Shown: positions 30,490 through 42,484, counted from the first letter of the stretch. The stretch: DNA of 64,000 bases from Armatimonadota bacterium (GCA_039811685.1 JBDHZC010000003.1:256001-320000), one strand, 5' to 3'. Program-made: numbers and translations. Notes: generated by a model from the sequence alone, not told the origin.

Positions 30490-32850
30490 ATGGATCAACA
30501 CGCACTACAAGTTCTGGAGTTCGGAAAAGTCTTGCAACAACTCGCAGATCATACTGCGACAGAAGTCGGAGCTGCGCTTGCGCTTGTCCTTGCGCCAGCC
30601 GGCAATCTTGGGGAAGTACAGCTTCGTCAGACGCAGACCGCTGAGGCCCGGCAACTTCTGGATGACTTCGGTGGAATGCCACTGGGCGGCGCTCACAATA
30701 TCCTCCCGCATCTCGAAAAGGCTGTGCGTGCGGGATGCCTGGATGGGCGGGAGTTGCTTGACATCGCCGAGACTCTCACGGCTTCAGAGCGGCTCAGTGC
30801 CTTTCTGCGCAAACACTCACTCCTCACTCCCGAGCTCTCAACGCTTGCGAGCAGCCTCGCCAGCCTGCCAGATGTCTCCAAATCCATTGCGGAAGCCATT
30901 GATCAGGCGGCTGAAGTGCGCGACTCAGCAAGCTCTAAGCTTGCGTCCGTGCGGCGGGAGATGCGCACTGTCGCTGGTCGTGTGCAGGAGAAGCTCAATG
31001 GTATCCTGCAGGGCACGGCGACCCGCGAAGCTTTGCAGGACCCCGTCATCGTTTCCCGCCACGGGCGCTGGTGCGTACCTGTTCGCTCTTCCCACAAATC
31101 TGTGGTCCCCGGTGTCGTGCATGACGCCAGCGCCAGCGGCGCTACCCTTTTTGTTGAGCCTCAGTCCGTCGTGGAGCTTGGCAATCGCCTTCGCCAGCTC
31201 GAAGCCGAGGAACAGGACGAAATCGAGCGCATCCTGCGCGCGCTAACGGCAAAGGTCGCCCAAAGCGCGGACGATCTGCGAGTCAATGTAAACGTCATCG
31301 CCAGTCTCGACCTCGCTAACGCCAGCGCGCTGCTCGCTGAAGCGCACAGAGCCGTTCGTCCGTCTATCCACCCGGGAGCGTTTCTCAATTTCCGCCAGGC
31401 GAGGCATCCACTTTTGAAGGGCGACGTCGTTCCCATCGATGTCCGCGTCGGCTCGGATTTTCAAGGCCTGCTCATTACAGGCCCTAACACTGGCGGAAAG
31501 ACCGTAACGCTCAAAACAGTGGGTTTGCTGACCCTCATGGCGCAGGCTGGACTGCAGATTCCCGCCGCTGAGGGAAGTCAGTGCGGAGTCTTTGCCGATA
31601 TTTTTGCGGATATCGGCGATGAACAGAGCATTGAGCAGTCCCTTTCCACCTTTTCCGGACACGTCCGCAACATCATCCGCACACTGCAGCGGATTGAGCC
31701 AGGCAGTCTGGTTTTGTTTGATGAGCTTGGCTCGGGTACGGATCCGGCCGAAGGCGCTGCCCTGGCCTCTGCCGTGCTTCGCTGGCTCGCTGACAAAGAT
31801 GTGTGCATTGTGGCGACAAGTCATTACGGAGAGCTGAAAAGCTTTGCCTACGCAACGCCTGGTTTCGAGAATGCCTCCGTTGAGTTTGACAAAGAGAGTC
31901 TGCGCCCGACCTACCGTCTGTTGACAGGCGTTCCCGGGGCAAGCCACGCCCTGCATATCGCCGGCAAACTGGGTATGCCCGCCGAGGTTCTGGAAGATGC
32001 TGCAACTGAGCTTAGAGGGCGGAAGACCTCAGCGGACGATCTGATCCAGAAAGTTGAAGAGTCGCGCCTTCGAGCTATCGAAGAGGAAAAGCGCGCCCGT
32101 GATGCCAGGCAGGAAGCCGAAGGGCTGCGCGGACGCTACGAGCGGGACATCACGAAGCTGTCTCAAACGCGGGAGCAGGTGCGGGATCAGCTTCAGACCG
32201 AAGCTCAGCGCGCGATCCGTGAGGCGCAGTCAGAACTGGAAAAAGTGCTGCGGGAGCTGCGAACGCAAAAGAGACACTCTCAGCACACGGAGGGGCTTGC
32301 CAACAAAGCCAAACGGCTGGTCAAGCGCATTGAAAAGACAGTCGTTGAGGCGGCGCCGAGCGTTCCGGAGCCAGAGCCGGTGGAGCGGGTTCGTCAGCGT
32401 ACTCTGCGCAAGGGGGATTCAGTGCGCGTTGTCGCTATTGGCACAACCGGCACTGTTTTGTCCGATCCGGACAAGGGCGAGGCGCTGGTACAGATAGGCT
32501 CAATGGAAGCGCGCATTGCGCTCGATGGTCTGGAGCTTATCAAGCCGCCTGCGCCGCCCCAGCACCGCACTGTCCATGCGCCTGTGCAGATGCAGCGTGC
32601 GCTGAGCGTATCACCGGAGATAATGCTGCGAGGGCAGAGAGTGGCTGATGCCCTCGAAAGCCTTGATCGCTATCTGGACGATGCGTGTCTTGCAGGCATG
32701 GATAAGGTAAAGGTCATCCACGGAAAAGGCACGGGCGTGATGCGAAAGGCCGTTTGGGAGTTTATGCGCAAGCATCCGCTGGTCTCTTCCTTGTCGATTG
32801 CTGATGTGGACGACGGCGGAGAGGGCGCTACGATAGCCACGCTGAAGTAG
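30490..32850 (+). CDS. mutS2: Endonuclease MutS2
   Basis: SASGATLFVEP, ITGPNTGGKT, DIGDEQSIEQSLSTFS, C-terminal Smr domain IHGKGTG. Confidence 0.97.
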   Translation: MDQHALQVLEFGKVLQQLADHTATEVGAALALVLAPAGNLGEVQLRQTQTAEARQLLDDFGGMPLGGAHNILPHLEKAVRAGCLDGRELLDIAETLTASERLSAFLRKHSLLTPELSTLASSLASLPDVSKSIAEAIDQAAEVRDSASSKLASVRREMRTVAGRVQEKLNGILQGTATREALQDPVIVSRHGRWCVPVRSSHKSVVPGVVHDASASGATLFVEPQSVVELGNRLRQLEAEEQDEIERILRALTAKVAQSADDLRVNVNVIASLDLANASALLAEAHRAVRPSIHPGAFLNFRQARHPLLKGDVVPIDVRVGSDFQGLLITGPNTGGKTVTLKTVGLLTLMAQAGLQIPAAEGSQCGVFADIFADIGDEQSIEQSLSTFSGHVRNIIRTLQRIEPGSLVLFDELGSGTDPAEGAALASAVLRWLADKDVCIVATSHYGELKSFAYATPGFENASVEFDKESLRPTYRLLTGVPGASHALHIAGKLGMPAEVLEDAATELRGRKTSADDLIQKVEESRLRAIEEEKRARDARQEAEGLRGRYERDITKLSQTREQVRDQLQTEAQRAIREAQSELEKVLRELRTQKRHSQHTEGLANKAKRLVKRIEKTVVEAAPSVPEPEPVERVRQRTLRKGDSVRVVAIGTTGTVLSDPDKGEALVQIGSMEARIALDGLELIKPPAPPQHRTVHAPVQMQRALSVSPEIMLRGQRVADALESLDRYLDDACLAGMDKVKVIHGKGTGVMRKAVWEFMRKHPLVSSLSIADVDDGGEGATIATLK

Positions 32851-33057
32851 AGGTGAGCTTTGACGCCACCCTGCAGTTCTTCTCATTTCAACGTCTCTCG
32901 CACTTCGTGCGGGCAATGCCGGGGTGGTAGCTCGGACCAAAAGCAGGTAAAACAGGGCAGGGCAATAAGCCACTCCATCACAGACTTTTCATCTGTGCAC
33001 GACGCTCAGCGCACGCAAAGCTGAGCGTACAGGACGCGAAGCGCAAAGGGAGAGAAC

Positions 33058-33954
33058 ATGCTTCCAAGACGGACACTCGGGCGCACTGGACTTGAGGTGA
33101 CACAACTTGGCTTTCGAGCACAGGATGCGCGTGCTCAACAGCACTCGAATGGACAGGCTGTCAGTGACGAGCAGGCGCAGGCGCTCCTCAACGCAGTTGT
33201 GGATTCCGGCATAAACCTGATAGACACGGGTTGCGACAGTCCGGGTATTGAGCGCCAAATCGGCCAGGCTATCAGCTCGCGTCGCGCGGAGTATTACCTT
33301 GCGGCCAGGTGCAACGCTGAGGCCTCCTCTGCTCAGAAATCTTCCGGTTTTCTGGACAGGCTCGGTGAGTCTCTCAAAGCGATGAATACCGATCATCTGG
33401 ACATTTTGCAGTTGCAGGGAGCCAATCCCGCGCGGATTGAAAGCGACGGTCTCCTGCAGGCGATGACTCAGGCAAGAGAGCAGGGGCTCACACGGTTTCT
33501 CGGAGTCTCGACCAGACTCGCCCACGTGTCAGCATTTGTGAAGATGGGAGTTTTCGATACTTTCCAGCTTACTTATTCAGCGCTTGAACGGCGTGAGGAG
33601 GAGTCCATTACGTTGGTTTCCAACTCGGGCGCGGGAGTTATTGTCTTCAGTGACGTCGCCCGGGAAGTCCCGTCCCACGTGGTCCACCGCAGCTCACCGT
33701 GGGATATCTGGGTAAGCGCCGGGCTGGATAGACTCCTTGATGCCGGGCAGACGCGGATGGAGTTTCTTCTTCGCTTTGCGCTCTCTCATCCGGATTGTGA
33801 CACACTGCTGGTTGATCCTGCGCAGCCACGCCACCTCGAGGAGGATGTCGCCGCTGCCAGAAAAGGCCCTCTTCCCGAAGATGTCTATGAGGAGGCGAAG
33901 CGACGATTGACCGGCATTGGCATCGCTTCCCGGCGCGTTCCGCTGCCACAGTGA
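33058..33954 (+). CDS. Aldo/keto reductase-fold protein with a degenerate active site
   Basis: RTLGRTGLEVTQLG, GINLIDT, TDHLDILQL; catalytic Tyr, Lys and His appear to be replaced. Confidence 0.85.
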   Translation: MLPRRTLGRTGLEVTQLGFRAQDARAQQHSNGQAVSDEQAQALLNAVVDSGINLIDTGCDSPGIERQIGQAISSRRAEYYLAARCNAEASSAQKSSGFLDRLGESLKAMNTDHLDILQLQGANPARIESDGLLQAMTQAREQGLTRFLGVSTRLAHVSAFVKMGVFDTFQLTYSALERREEESITLVSNSGAGVIVFSDVAREVPSHVVHRSSPWDIWVSAGLDRLLDAGQTRMEFLLRFALSHPDCDTLLVDPAQPRHLEEDVAAARKGPLPEDVYEEAKRRLTGIGIASRRVPLPQ

Positions 33955-33968
33955 AAGGCACGACAGAT

Positions 33969-34250
33969 ATGACCACAGCTTTTGTGATGCTGAAAGTGAA
34001 GCGCGGGCAGGTTTCTGAGACGGCTGAAGCCCTGCTGAATATTGACGGGGTGACGGAGGTTTACTCCATCACTGGAGACTACGATCTGATTGCTGTGATC
34101 CGCGTGCGCCACCCGGATCAGGTAGCGGACGTCGTTACAGACCACCTTCAGAAGATATCTGGGATCGAGGGCAGCTACACTCATGTCGCATTCCGCGTCT
34201 ATTCTCGCCACGATCTCGAAGAAGCCTTCAGTCTGGGAGCGGGAGCGTAA
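33969..34250 (+). CDS. Lrp/AsnC ligand-binding-domain-only protein
   Basis: GVTEVYSITGDYDLIA; no HTH domain. Confidence 0.9.
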   Translation: MTTAFVMLKVKRGQVSETAEALLNIDGVTEVYSITGDYDLIAVIRVRHPDQVADVVTDHLQKISGIEGSYTHVAFRVYSRHDLEEAFSLGAGA

Positions 34251-34659
34251 CTCTCACCCCGCGTCAAACGGCGGGCCAACAGCGATATCTTCGCAGACGA
34301 AAGACAGAACACACTCCTGACGTTGCGTGCTAAAATGCGCAGTGTCAGCCTGGTAAATTTCGCAGTCAGACTCATCCTGCGCTGCACTTCCCGTCTGCGT
34401 CGTGAAATAACGGTGCAGGTTAGTGGCTGGATTTGGAATGTATTCTAGGAGCCCTGTGTAGCTTGCCAGCCGGCTGGGCGGAAAGCCTCTGAGCGCAGTA
34501 GCTGCGTAGAACTTTTCAGCGTCAGTGGGCGTATAAATCGATGGCTGCATCTGACGGGAATGCTTCTCATCTGAATGTTTGTTGTCTCCCATACGCATCC
34601 TGCTGTCAATGCGTGTGGGCTAACTCTCCCCACGGCGCAAAACTGCCCATAACGATACT

Positions 34660-37593
34660 ATGAACCTTATACAAGCACTATCTTCGAACGAGCGCGAAAT
34701 ACGGTCTTTGCGCAAGACTGTGAGCAAGATCAATTCACTTGAGCCAGAGATGCAGGCTCTGAGTGACGAGCAGCTCCAGGCGAAGACAGGGGACTTTCGG
34801 GAGCGCCTGGCTAACGGAGAAACTCTGGACGATTTGCTCGTGGAGGCCTTTGCGGTTGTGCGTGAGGCTGGGTGCCGCACACTTGGCCGGGACAAGGCGC
34901 GGCACTTTGACGTCCAGATGATCGGTGGCATCATCCTGCACATGGGGCGCATTGCGGAGATGAGAACTGGTGAAGGCAAAACCTTGACTGCCACGTTGCC
35001 TCTCTATCTCAATGCTCTGGAAGGTAGGGGAGCGCACCTTGTCACCGTCAACGACTTTCTCTCCCGCCGTGACGCAAAGTGGTATGGTCCTATCTACGGA
35101 TTTCTCGGCCTTTCCGTCGGCGCAATCCGAGGCGCAAGCGCGGAGACTGGAGAGCTGGGCGGTTCCTACATCTACGACCCGACTTACGTCGCCGATCCCA
35201 ACAGCGAGGAATGGGATGAGCTGCGTCCGGTAGAGCGTCACGAAGCCTACATGTGCGACATCACCTACGGCACTAATAACGAGTTTGGCTTCGATTATCT
35301 GCGCGACAATATGTGCCCGTCCATGGATCGTCTCGCCCAGCGCGAGCTCAACTATGCGATCGTGGACGAAGTGGACTCTATTCTCATCGACGAAGCCAGA
35401 ACGCCTCTCATCATCTCGGGTATCGCTCAGCAGGCCACAGATATCTACTACACTATGGACCGTCTGGTCCGTCGGCTTGTGCCGGAAAAGCACTATACAG
35501 TTGACGAAAAGCACAAAACGGCCATGCTGACAGAGGACGGCACTCAGTATCTTGAAGATCTGCTTGGCGTTGAAAATCTGGCTGACTCGGCCAACTTTGA
35601 GCTGATGTCTCATGCCAACAGCGCCCTCAAAGCCCACGCAGTCTTCAAGAGAGATATTGACTATGTTGTGAAAGACGGCGTGGTGACCATTGTTGATGAG
35701 TTCACCGGACGTCTGATGTACGGACGGCGCTGGAGTGATGGACTGCACCAGGCCGTCGAAGCCAAGGAAGGGTGCAAAATCGAGCATGAGTCCCAGACTC
35801 TTGCAACCATCACCTTCCAGAACTACTTCCGCCTCTACAAAAAGCTGGCGGGAATGACCGGAACCGCCAAGACCGAAGAGAACGAATTTCGCAAGATATA
35901 CGCTCTGGACGTTGTGCAGATTCCGACAAACAGACAGGTCGCTCGCGTAGATCACGCCGACGTCGTTTACAAGACGGAAGAGGCGAAAATGCGCGGGGTT
36001 GTGGCGGAGATTCTGGCCTGCCACGCCAAGGGGCAGCCGGTTCTGGTCGGCACCCGGTCTATTGAAGTCTCCGAGCATGTCAGTGAGCGCTTGCTGCCGG
36101 AGCGGCTCCAGCTTCTGTGCGCCACGATTCTGCTGCGCAGCAAGCTTGAGTCTTCAAAGTCTGTCAAAGACAAGAAAGAATATCACGATCTACTGAATCG
36201 CAAGTTCTCCGAGCTGTCTTTTGGCCATTTGAACGTGCTAGCCAAGGAGCTTGGAGTCAAACTGGACATGCTGGATGAAGACAACCTTCGAGATGTCTGT
36301 CGTCTTCTTCAGCTTCCCGATGAGCAGCTTGAAGATTTTCGGCAGGTGTTGCGGGAGGGCATCCCGCACAACGTCTTGAATGCCAAGTTCCACGAGCGTG
36401 AAGCGGAGATCATCGCGGACGCTGGCAAGGTCGGTGCGGTCACTATCGCAACCAACATGGCCGGACGCGGCGTGGATATTATCCTCGGCGGTCCTCACTA
36501 CGAGGGGATGACTCCTGAAGAACGGGCGGCTGAAGCGGACAAAGTGCGCTCGCTGGGCGGCCTGCATATTCTGGGAACGGAGCGCCACGAGTCCCGCCGC
36601 ATTGACAACCAGCTTCGCGGCCGGTCCGGGCGCCAGGGCGACCCAGGTTCCAGCAGGTTTTATGTAGCTTTTGAAGACGAACTGATGCGGCTGTTTGGTG
36701 ACAAGAGCAACAGCCCATTGCTTGCCGGGTGGCAGGAAGACCAGGCCATAGACTCCAAGCTGCTTTCCCGGATGATTGAGCGCGCTCAGAAGAAGGTGGA
36801 GGAGCACAACTTCCACATTCGAAAGAACGTTCTTCAGTACGACGACGTAATGAACGTTCAGCGCGACACCATCTACAAACAGCGCCGGCTGGTGCTCGAG
36901 GGTAAGGAGGTGCGTGATACCATCGTCGACTTCCTCGATGCGGCTGTGGACGGCGCAATCGCGAACTACCTGAACCGCGAGATGCCCAAAGCCGAATGGG
37001 ACTATCAGGGACTGTTCGAATCACTCAATACGGTCTTTCCGCTGGAGGCTTTCGCGACTGCGCAGGACCTCGAGGCAAAGACAGTTGAAGACCTCACGGA
37101 CTTCCTCAAGGACGTTGCCCACCAGACTTACGAACAGCGCGAGCAGGAGCTGACTCCTGTGATTATGCGGGAGATTGAGCGCTCCGTGATGCTCCAGGTG
37201 ATCGATCGAAAATGGATGGAGCATCTGGACAACATGGACTCCTTGAGAGAGGGAATTGGTCTGCGCGGATACGCCCAACAGGACCCGATCATAGCGTATT
37301 CCAAAGAAGCGTTCGAGATGTTCCAGCATATGGTGGATGGTATTCAGGAAGAAGTGACGCGCATCATGTACCGCGTTCAGCTTGCCCCACCTCCTCCGCC
37401 GGCGCCTGTGCAGACGCCTGGCTTCCGCCCAGATGAAATGATCAACCAGATGAAAGCCGCGTCGGAACCCGCTTCGCAGCCTATTACGGGCAACGGCCAC
37501 GGCAAGAAAGTCGGCCGCAACGACCCGTGCCCTTGCGGCAGCGGGAAGAAGTACAAGCACTGTCATCTGTTGAGCGACTTGGGACAAAGCTGA
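34660..37593 (+). CDS. secA: Preprotein translocase ATPase SecA
   Basis: [50 protein letters not shown] motif [18 protein letters not shown]. Confidence 0.98.
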   Translation: MNLIQALSSNEREIRSLRKTVSKINSLEPEMQALSDEQLQAKTGDFRERLANGETLDDLLVEAFAVVREAGCRTLGRDKARHFDVQMIGGIILHMGRIAEMRTGEGKTLTATLPLYLNALEGRGAHLVTVNDFLSRRDAKWYGPIYGFLGLSVGAIRGASAETGELGGSYIYDPTYVADPNSEEWDELRPVERHEAYMCDITYGTNNEFGFDYLRDNMCPSMDRLAQRELNYAIVDEVDSILIDEARTPLIISGIAQQATDIYYTMDRLVRRLVPEKHYTVDEKHKTAMLTEDGTQYLEDLLGVENLADSANFELMSHANSALKAHAVFKRDIDYVVKDGVVTIVDEFTGRLMYGRRWSDGLHQAVEAKEGCKIEHESQTLATITFQNYFRLYKKLAGMTGTAKTEENEFRKIYALDVVQIPTNRQVARVDHADVVYKTEEAKMRGVVAEILACHAKGQPVLVGTRSIEVSEHVSERLLPERLQLLCATILLRSKLESSKSVKDKKEYHDLLNRKFSELSFGHLNVLAKELGVKLDMLDEDNLRDVCRLLQLPDEQLEDFRQVLREGIPHNVLNAKFHEREAEIIADAGKVGAVTIATNMAGRGVDIILGGPHYEGMTPEERAAEADKVRSLGGLHILGTERHESRRIDNQLRGRSGRQGDPGSSRFYVAFEDELMRLFGDKSNSPLLAGWQEDQAIDSKLLSRMIERAQKKVEEHNFHIRKNVLQYDDVMNVQRDTIYKQRRLVLEGKEVRDTIVDFLDAAVDGAIANYLNREMPKAEWDYQGLFESLNTVFPLEAFATAQDLEAKTVEDLTDFLKDVAHQTYEQREQELTPVIMREIERSVMLQVIDRKWMEHLDNMDSLREGIGLRGYAQQDPIIAYSKEAFEMFQHMVDGIQEEVTRIMYRVQLAPPPPPAPVQTPGFRPDEMINQMKAASEPASQPITGNGHGKKVGRNDPCPCGSGKKYKHCHLLSDLGQS

Positions 37594-37803
37594 TTCGCAC
37601 AGTCGTCGATCTTGCTCGCACCTTGCAGACGGCGCGTGCGCGGTCGGCGCTGTCTCTTCACTGAATCAGCCATCTCTGTTTTTGTCTGGTTAGCCCCGTC
37701 TGGCGCTCTGCGTCCGGTTTTTTCCCCCGGCCTCAGCAGGACACACCGGACAACTGCTGGAACCTCAGGGTGCAAGGCAAGCCTTTGCAGGAAAGGGAAT
37801 GCT

Positions 37804-38862
37804 GTGCCCTCTGAGACGATGACTTCACGAGAGCGGTGGCTGGCGGTGCTGAAGCGTGAAAAGCCAGACCGTCTTCCAATGGACTACTGGGCGACCGGAG
37901 AGGCGACCAAAAAGCTTCTGGATTATCTGGATTGCGACTTCGCGACAATGCTGCAGCGTCTGCACATTGATCTTCCTGTGTCCGCGGATGGTGTGTATGT
38001 TGGACCGCCCATAGAGGAAGGCTCGGACATGTATGGCCAGCGGTGGCAGACAGTGGAGTATGACTCGGGTATCTACTGGGAGCCAACCGGGGACCCGCCG
38101 CTGGCAAAGTATAACTCTGCGGAAGAAATTGATGAAAACTATAACTGGCCTTCGGTTGATCTCTTCGATTTCTCACACTTGCCCGAAGTTGTTCGAGAAA
38201 ATGAGCACAGGCCCGTACGCGGCGGAGGCAGCGAGCCGTTTCTGCGCTACAAGCTTCTGAGGGGTGAGGAGCAAGCCTTTGTTGACCTTATCGAGAATCC
38301 CGAAATTGTCGAGTACTGCCTCGAGAAACTTTTTGCGTTTTCTTATGAGAGTACGCTGCGAATTTTTGAGACCATCCCCGGTCAAGTTATGATTACCTAC
38401 GTCGCGGAGGATCTGGGTGGGCAGAGCAGGCTCCTCTATTCACCGCAGCACATTCATCGCTTTCTGCTGCCTGGTATGCGGCGCATGGTAGAGCTCACGA
38501 AGCAACACGGCTCTTACGTTTTTCATCATACTGATGGCGCGGCTCGAGAGATTCTTCCGGACCTTATTGACATTGGTATCGAGATTCTCAACCCGATTCA
38601 GTGGCGCTGCGCAGGGATGGATAGAGAAGGGCTGAAGCGGGATTTTGGAGACAGACTGATCTTTCACGGGGCGATGGACAACCAGCAGACCCTGCCGTTT
38701 GGAAGTGTTGAGGACGTTCGCCAGGAAGTGCGGGACAACATCCGGATTCTGGGAGACGGCGGCGGTTACATCCTTGCTCCGTGTCACAACATTCAGGCCG
38801 TGGGGCCACCGGAAAATGTTGTCGCTATGTACGAAGAAGGCTACAGCTCTGGCTGGCAATAG
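37804..38862 (+). CDS. Uroporphyrinogen decarboxylase (URO-D/MtaA-CmuA) family protein
   Basis: MTSRER, EDLGGQ, HHTDG, LNPIQ, GGYILAPCHNIQ. Confidence 0.85.
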   Translation: MPSETMTSRERWLAVLKREKPDRLPMDYWATGEATKKLLDYLDCDFATMLQRLHIDLPVSADGVYVGPPIEEGSDMYGQRWQTVEYDSGIYWEPTGDPPLAKYNSAEEIDENYNWPSVDLFDFSHLPEVVRENEHRPVRGGGSEPFLRYKLLRGEEQAFVDLIENPEIVEYCLEKLFAFSYESTLRIFETIPGQVMITYVAEDLGGQSRLLYSPQHIHRFLLPGMRRMVELTKQHGSYVFHHTDGAAREILPDLIDIGIEILNPIQWRCAGMDREGLKRDFGDRLIFHGAMDNQQTLPFGSVEDVRQEVRDNIRILGDGGGYILAPCHNIQAVGPPENVVAMYEEGYSSGWQ

Positions 38863-38937
38863 CCGCTGAGGCGCCCGGCTCTGCTCACATCTGGCGTAGC
38901 CACACTCAGGGTATACTCAACTAACCTCACGGAAAGA

Positions 38938-39729
38938 ATGGGACGAGGCGAGATAATGATGTATCTGAGCTATGCTGTCCTCGCGGTTGCCACTGCCGCT
39001 TTGACCGTATTGCCAGGCACGATGCGAGCGGCAGGGCGAAACGTGGATTATGAATTGTCTGGTGTGCGGCTGGAAGGCTATCTTGCGCGGCCCGAGCCAG
39101 CAAACGGAAAAGCGCCAGCAGTTGTCATCTTTCACGACTGGAACGGCATTGACAACTATGAAAAGTCGCGCGCTGACATGCTCGCGAAGCTGGGCTACGT
39201 CGCGTTCGCTGCGGACATCTACGGCAAGGGTGTGCGCCCGAAGGATGCGCAGCAGTCCAGCCAGGAGGCCTCTCGCTTCTACCGGGACGCCGATTTGCTT
39301 CGCAGCCGGGCGCGGGCAGGACTTGACTATGCGAAAGCGCTTTCCGGTGTGGACCCCGCCCGCGTTGCGGTGATCGGTTACTGTTTTGGTGGATACGCGG
39401 CGCTTGAACTGGCTCGCAGTGGGGCGGACTTCCCGGCTCTGGTCAGCTTTCACGGAGGTCTGGACGCAAGCGCACCCGCCAGGGAAGGCCAGATCAAGCC
39501 AGAGTTGCTGATTCTTCATGGCGGCGCGGATCAGGCCGTCACTCCCGACAAAGTGGCGCAGTTCGTGAAGGAGATGATTGGCGCTGGCGCGCGCTTCGAG
39601 CTGGTGGTCTATCCCGGCGCTCCGCATGCCTTCACTGTGCCTGGCTCCGCTTACCGTGAGCATGCGGACAGAGCCAGTTGGAGCCAGATGCAGGAGTTTC
39701 TCAAGAGGACACTTCACTCTTCCCGCTGA
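38938..39729 (+). CDS. Dienelactone hydrolase family protein (probably exported)
   Basis: GYCFGG, HGGAD, HAFT triad motifs. Confidence 0.9.
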   Translation: MGRGEIMMYLSYAVLAVATAALTVLPGTMRAAGRNVDYELSGVRLEGYLARPEPANGKAPAVVIFHDWNGIDNYEKSRADMLAKLGYVAFAADIYGKGVRPKDAQQSSQEASRFYRDADLLRSRARAGLDYAKALSGVDPARVAVIGYCFGGYAALELARSGADFPALVSFHGGLDASAPAREGQIKPELLILHGGADQAVTPDKVAQFVKEMIGAGARFELVVYPGAPHAFTVPGSAYREHADRASWSQMQEFLKRTLHSSR

Positions 39730-39911
39730 ACCGGGCGCAGCCGGAAGCTCGGTGGCGTCCGCAGCCTCCTGACCCAAGAGCTCTCATACTGAGGTTTTGC
39801 GGTTGGCGATGGCTGAGGCTTTTCTGAGGTCAGCTCACGAAATACGAGACAGACAGGAATCTGACAGGCAGTGGCGTAAGTAAGGCGTCAATACTCACGA
39901 GGGCTGCGGTT

Positions 39912-41387
39912 ATGCGACGTTCGCTGTTTCTTTTTCTCTGTGTTCTGATTTGCACATGGTCCGCAAGTGCAGCTACCGCACAGGGCTACGGCAATCCGCT
40001 CGATGGTCTGGCAAAGCTGAAAGACTTTGAAGCAGCCCGATCGTCGAGCTCTGACGCCGATTTACAGGGAAATGCCGATGCGCGGCCTATTGAGCCTGGA
40101 GCTACGCTCACAATAGCCGACTTGCAGGGTCCGGGTCAGATTGTGCACATCTGGTGCACGATCTCCGCGCGTGACAAATGGTATCCGCGAACTCTCGTCT
40201 TGCGAACGTACTGGGACGGAGAGAAAGACCCGAGTGTCGAGTCGCCGCTCGGAGATTTTTTTGCAGTGGGGCACGGGTTGGACGTCCCTGTCAACTCCTT
40301 GCCTGTCAGGGTCACCAGCGAGGGACGCGCCCGGCACTGCTACTGGCCGATGCCTTTTCGAAAATCCGCCCGCATCACTGTCACCAACGAAGGCAAGGGT
40401 CGCGTTGACGCTTTCTACTACTACGTGGACTGGCAAAAGCACAAGTCGCTCCCAAAAAACACAGCTTATTTTCACGCGCAGTATCGGCAGGAGTTTCCTC
40501 CTGTCTCTGGCCACAATTATCTGATCCTCGATGCGATCGGGCAGGGGCACTACGTCGGCACTGTTCAGTCCGTTCGCCTGAATGAGCCGGGGTGGTATGG
40601 CGAAGGAGACGACTTTTTCTTCGTAGATGGCGCAACTGATCCACAACTCAAGGGCACCGGCACTGAAGACTACTTCGGCGATGCGTGGGGGTTTCGGAAA
40701 CTGGACGGGCCTTATTACGGGGTGCCCGTGATGCAGGGCTATGACACGGGCGATCTGGTTACAGCCTACCGGTGGCACATCCCCGATCCGATTCCGTTCA
40801 AGAGATCTTTGCGCGTCGAGATAGAACACAAAGGCTCGCGCAACAACGTCGGCGGATATGTTGAGCGCGCAGACGACTTCGCCACTGTCGCTTTCTGGTA
40901 TCAGATTGAGCCTCACAAGAAATTCGCGCCGCTGCCGCCGGCTGCGAAACGGCTGCTCTTCGAAGGCGCAACGGTAGTGGAGATGGAAAAGCTCGTGGCC
41001 TCGGCTTCGACAGACGCTGCTGCGCACAGCGTGCAGGTGCAGGCTGGAGTCGGCTCAGGTGAGGGTCAACTTTTCTTTACACCTGGACAGCCGGACAAGT
41101 CCGTAACGGTGCTCCTGCCTCCTGTCGCGCCCGGGGCTTATGAAGTGCGTCTGACGGCCACAACATCGTTCGACTATGGCATCTACCAGACGGCCATTGA
41201 CGCCCGGCCCACTGGACCGCCGCTCGATCTGTTCAGTGAAACCATCTCTCACCGCGATCTGAGCCTGGGACGCTTTGAGATGGGCAGTGGTCAGCACAAA
41301 ATGACATTTACAAACAAAGGCAGGAACGCGGCCAGCAAAGGCTACTATCTGGGACTCGACACTCTGATTTTGCGACCGATAAAGTGA
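39912..41387 (+). CDS. Secreted DUF2961 / GH172 protein with a C-terminal CBM-like domain
   Basis: Signal peptide; [34 protein letters not shown]; beta-sandwich-like tail. Confidence 0.88.
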   Translation: MRRSLFLFLCVLICTWSASAATAQGYGNPLDGLAKLKDFEAARSSSSDADLQGNADARPIEPGATLTIADLQGPGQIVHIWCTISARDKWYPRTLVLRTYWDGEKDPSVESPLGDFFAVGHGLDVPVNSLPVRVTSEGRARHCYWPMPFRKSARITVTNEGKGRVDAFYYYVDWQKHKSLPKNTAYFHAQYRQEFPPVSGHNYLILDAIGQGHYVGTVQSVRLNEPGWYGEGDDFFFVDGATDPQLKGTGTEDYFGDAWGFRKLDGPYYGVPVMQGYDTGDLVTAYRWHIPDPIPFKRSLRVEIEHKGSRNNVGGYVERADDFATVAFWYQIEPHKKFAPLPPAAKRLLFEGATVVEMEKLVASASTDAAAHSVQVQAGVGSGEGQLFFTPGQPDKSVTVLLPPVAPGAYEVRLTATTSFDYGIYQTAIDARPTGPPLDLFSETISHRDLSLGRFEMGSGQHKMTFTNKGRNAASKGYYLGLDTLILRPIK

Positions 41388-41406
41388 CAGTTTCCCGGAA
41401 GATGTG

Positions 41407-42312
41407 ATGTTGAGCGATCGAGAACGGCTCTACGCTTTACTTGGTGATCTTCCCAATCGAGATGCGCCCCTCGATGTTGAGCTTGTCGCGGAGCGAGACC
41501 CGGGCGGCGCTTATCTGCTGGAAGTCCTCACTCTCCATCTGAACGGTCTGGAGCCTGTGCCGGCCCTTTTCTGCCAGTCAAAGATTGCCACTTCTCCCGC
41601 ACCGTGCGTCATCTATAATCACGCGCACGGCGGTGAGCATGAGATAGGCAAGCTGGAGCTGACAGACCGTCGGCGCGCCATTCAGAATCCGCCCTACGCC
41701 GAAGCGCTGGCCGCCCAGGGCTACCACAGCCTTTCCATTGACGCCTGGAACTTTGGGGAGCGTCGCGGACGCACAGAGAGTTCACTTTTCAAAGAGATGC
41801 TGTGGAACGGGCAGGTGCTCTGGGGGATGATGGTTTTCGACACCCTTCGCGCCACCGACTACGCCTGTACTCGGACGGACGTGGATTGCTCTCGGATTGC
41901 TTCAATGGGCTTGAGCATGGGCTCGACGATGGCCTGGTGGCACGCTGCGCTGGATGAGCGTGTGAAAGTCTGCGTGGACTTGTGTTGCCTTACGGATTTT
42001 CAGGAACTTATCCGTACTAGAGGGCTGGATCTTCATGGCATCTATTACTATGTGCCCGGTCTGCTCAAGCAGGGCTTTGACACGGTCGCAATCAACGCCC
42101 TTATCGCTCCCAGAGCGCATCTTTCGCTTGCCGGAGATTATGACAGCCTCACTCCTGTGCGCGGTCTGGATCGGATAGACACTGCTTTGCGTGAAGTGTA
42201 TATCCGCTCTGGAGCGCCGGAGAACTGGAAACTCAAACGCTATCCGTGTGGTCATCTGGAGACCGCGCACATGCGCAAAGCGGTTTTGTCTTGGCTTGCG
42301 GGAAAGCTCTGA
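41407..42312 (+). CDS. Alpha/beta hydrolase (dienelactone hydrolase / acetylxylan esterase-like)
   Basis: GLSMG nucleophile elbow, GDYD, GH. Confidence 0.85.
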   Translation: MLSDRERLYALLGDLPNRDAPLDVELVAERDPGGAYLLEVLTLHLNGLEPVPALFCQSKIATSPAPCVIYNHAHGGEHEIGKLELTDRRRAIQNPPYAEALAAQGYHSLSIDAWNFGERRGRTESSLFKEMLWNGQVLWGMMVFDTLRATDYACTRTDVDCSRIASMGLSMGSTMAWWHAALDERVKVCVDLCCLTDFQELIRTRGLDLHGIYYYVPGLLKQGFDTVAINALIAPRAHLSLAGDYDSLTPVRGLDRIDTALREVYIRSGAPENWKLKRYPCGHLETAHMRKAVLSWLAGKL

Positions 42313-42484
42313 TGGGTATAACCTCACAGACACTGTTTTCGGGCAGGCATGGATGCTTTACGATGTCCGGAGCCTGCGTACTGCAGCAATAGGGACTGTG
42401 GAACAAAGCAAATACCCGGGGCAGACCGCCGTCTTCGTGTGTGGAAGTCAGGTGCGGCGGCGCCCTCAAAGCTGGAAGGAAAAA

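Noticed and set aside
34254..34659. SecM-like leader peptide or the 114-aa minus-strand ORF upstream of secA
   Set aside because: The only short sense ORF I found starts inside the putative -10 box (TGCTAAAAT) and lacks an SD or signal peptide. The antisense ORF has no recognisable features.
34735..36078. Long antisense or alternate-frame ORFs (e.g. 447 aa opposite secA, 583-1278, 30344-31246, 62554-63585)
   Set aside because: These are shadow ORFs of well-supported genes in GC-rich DNA, with no motifs.
39805..39840. Fluoride riboswitch-like GGCGATGG
   Set aside because: The following GTTCGCC and the downstream conserved elements are missing.
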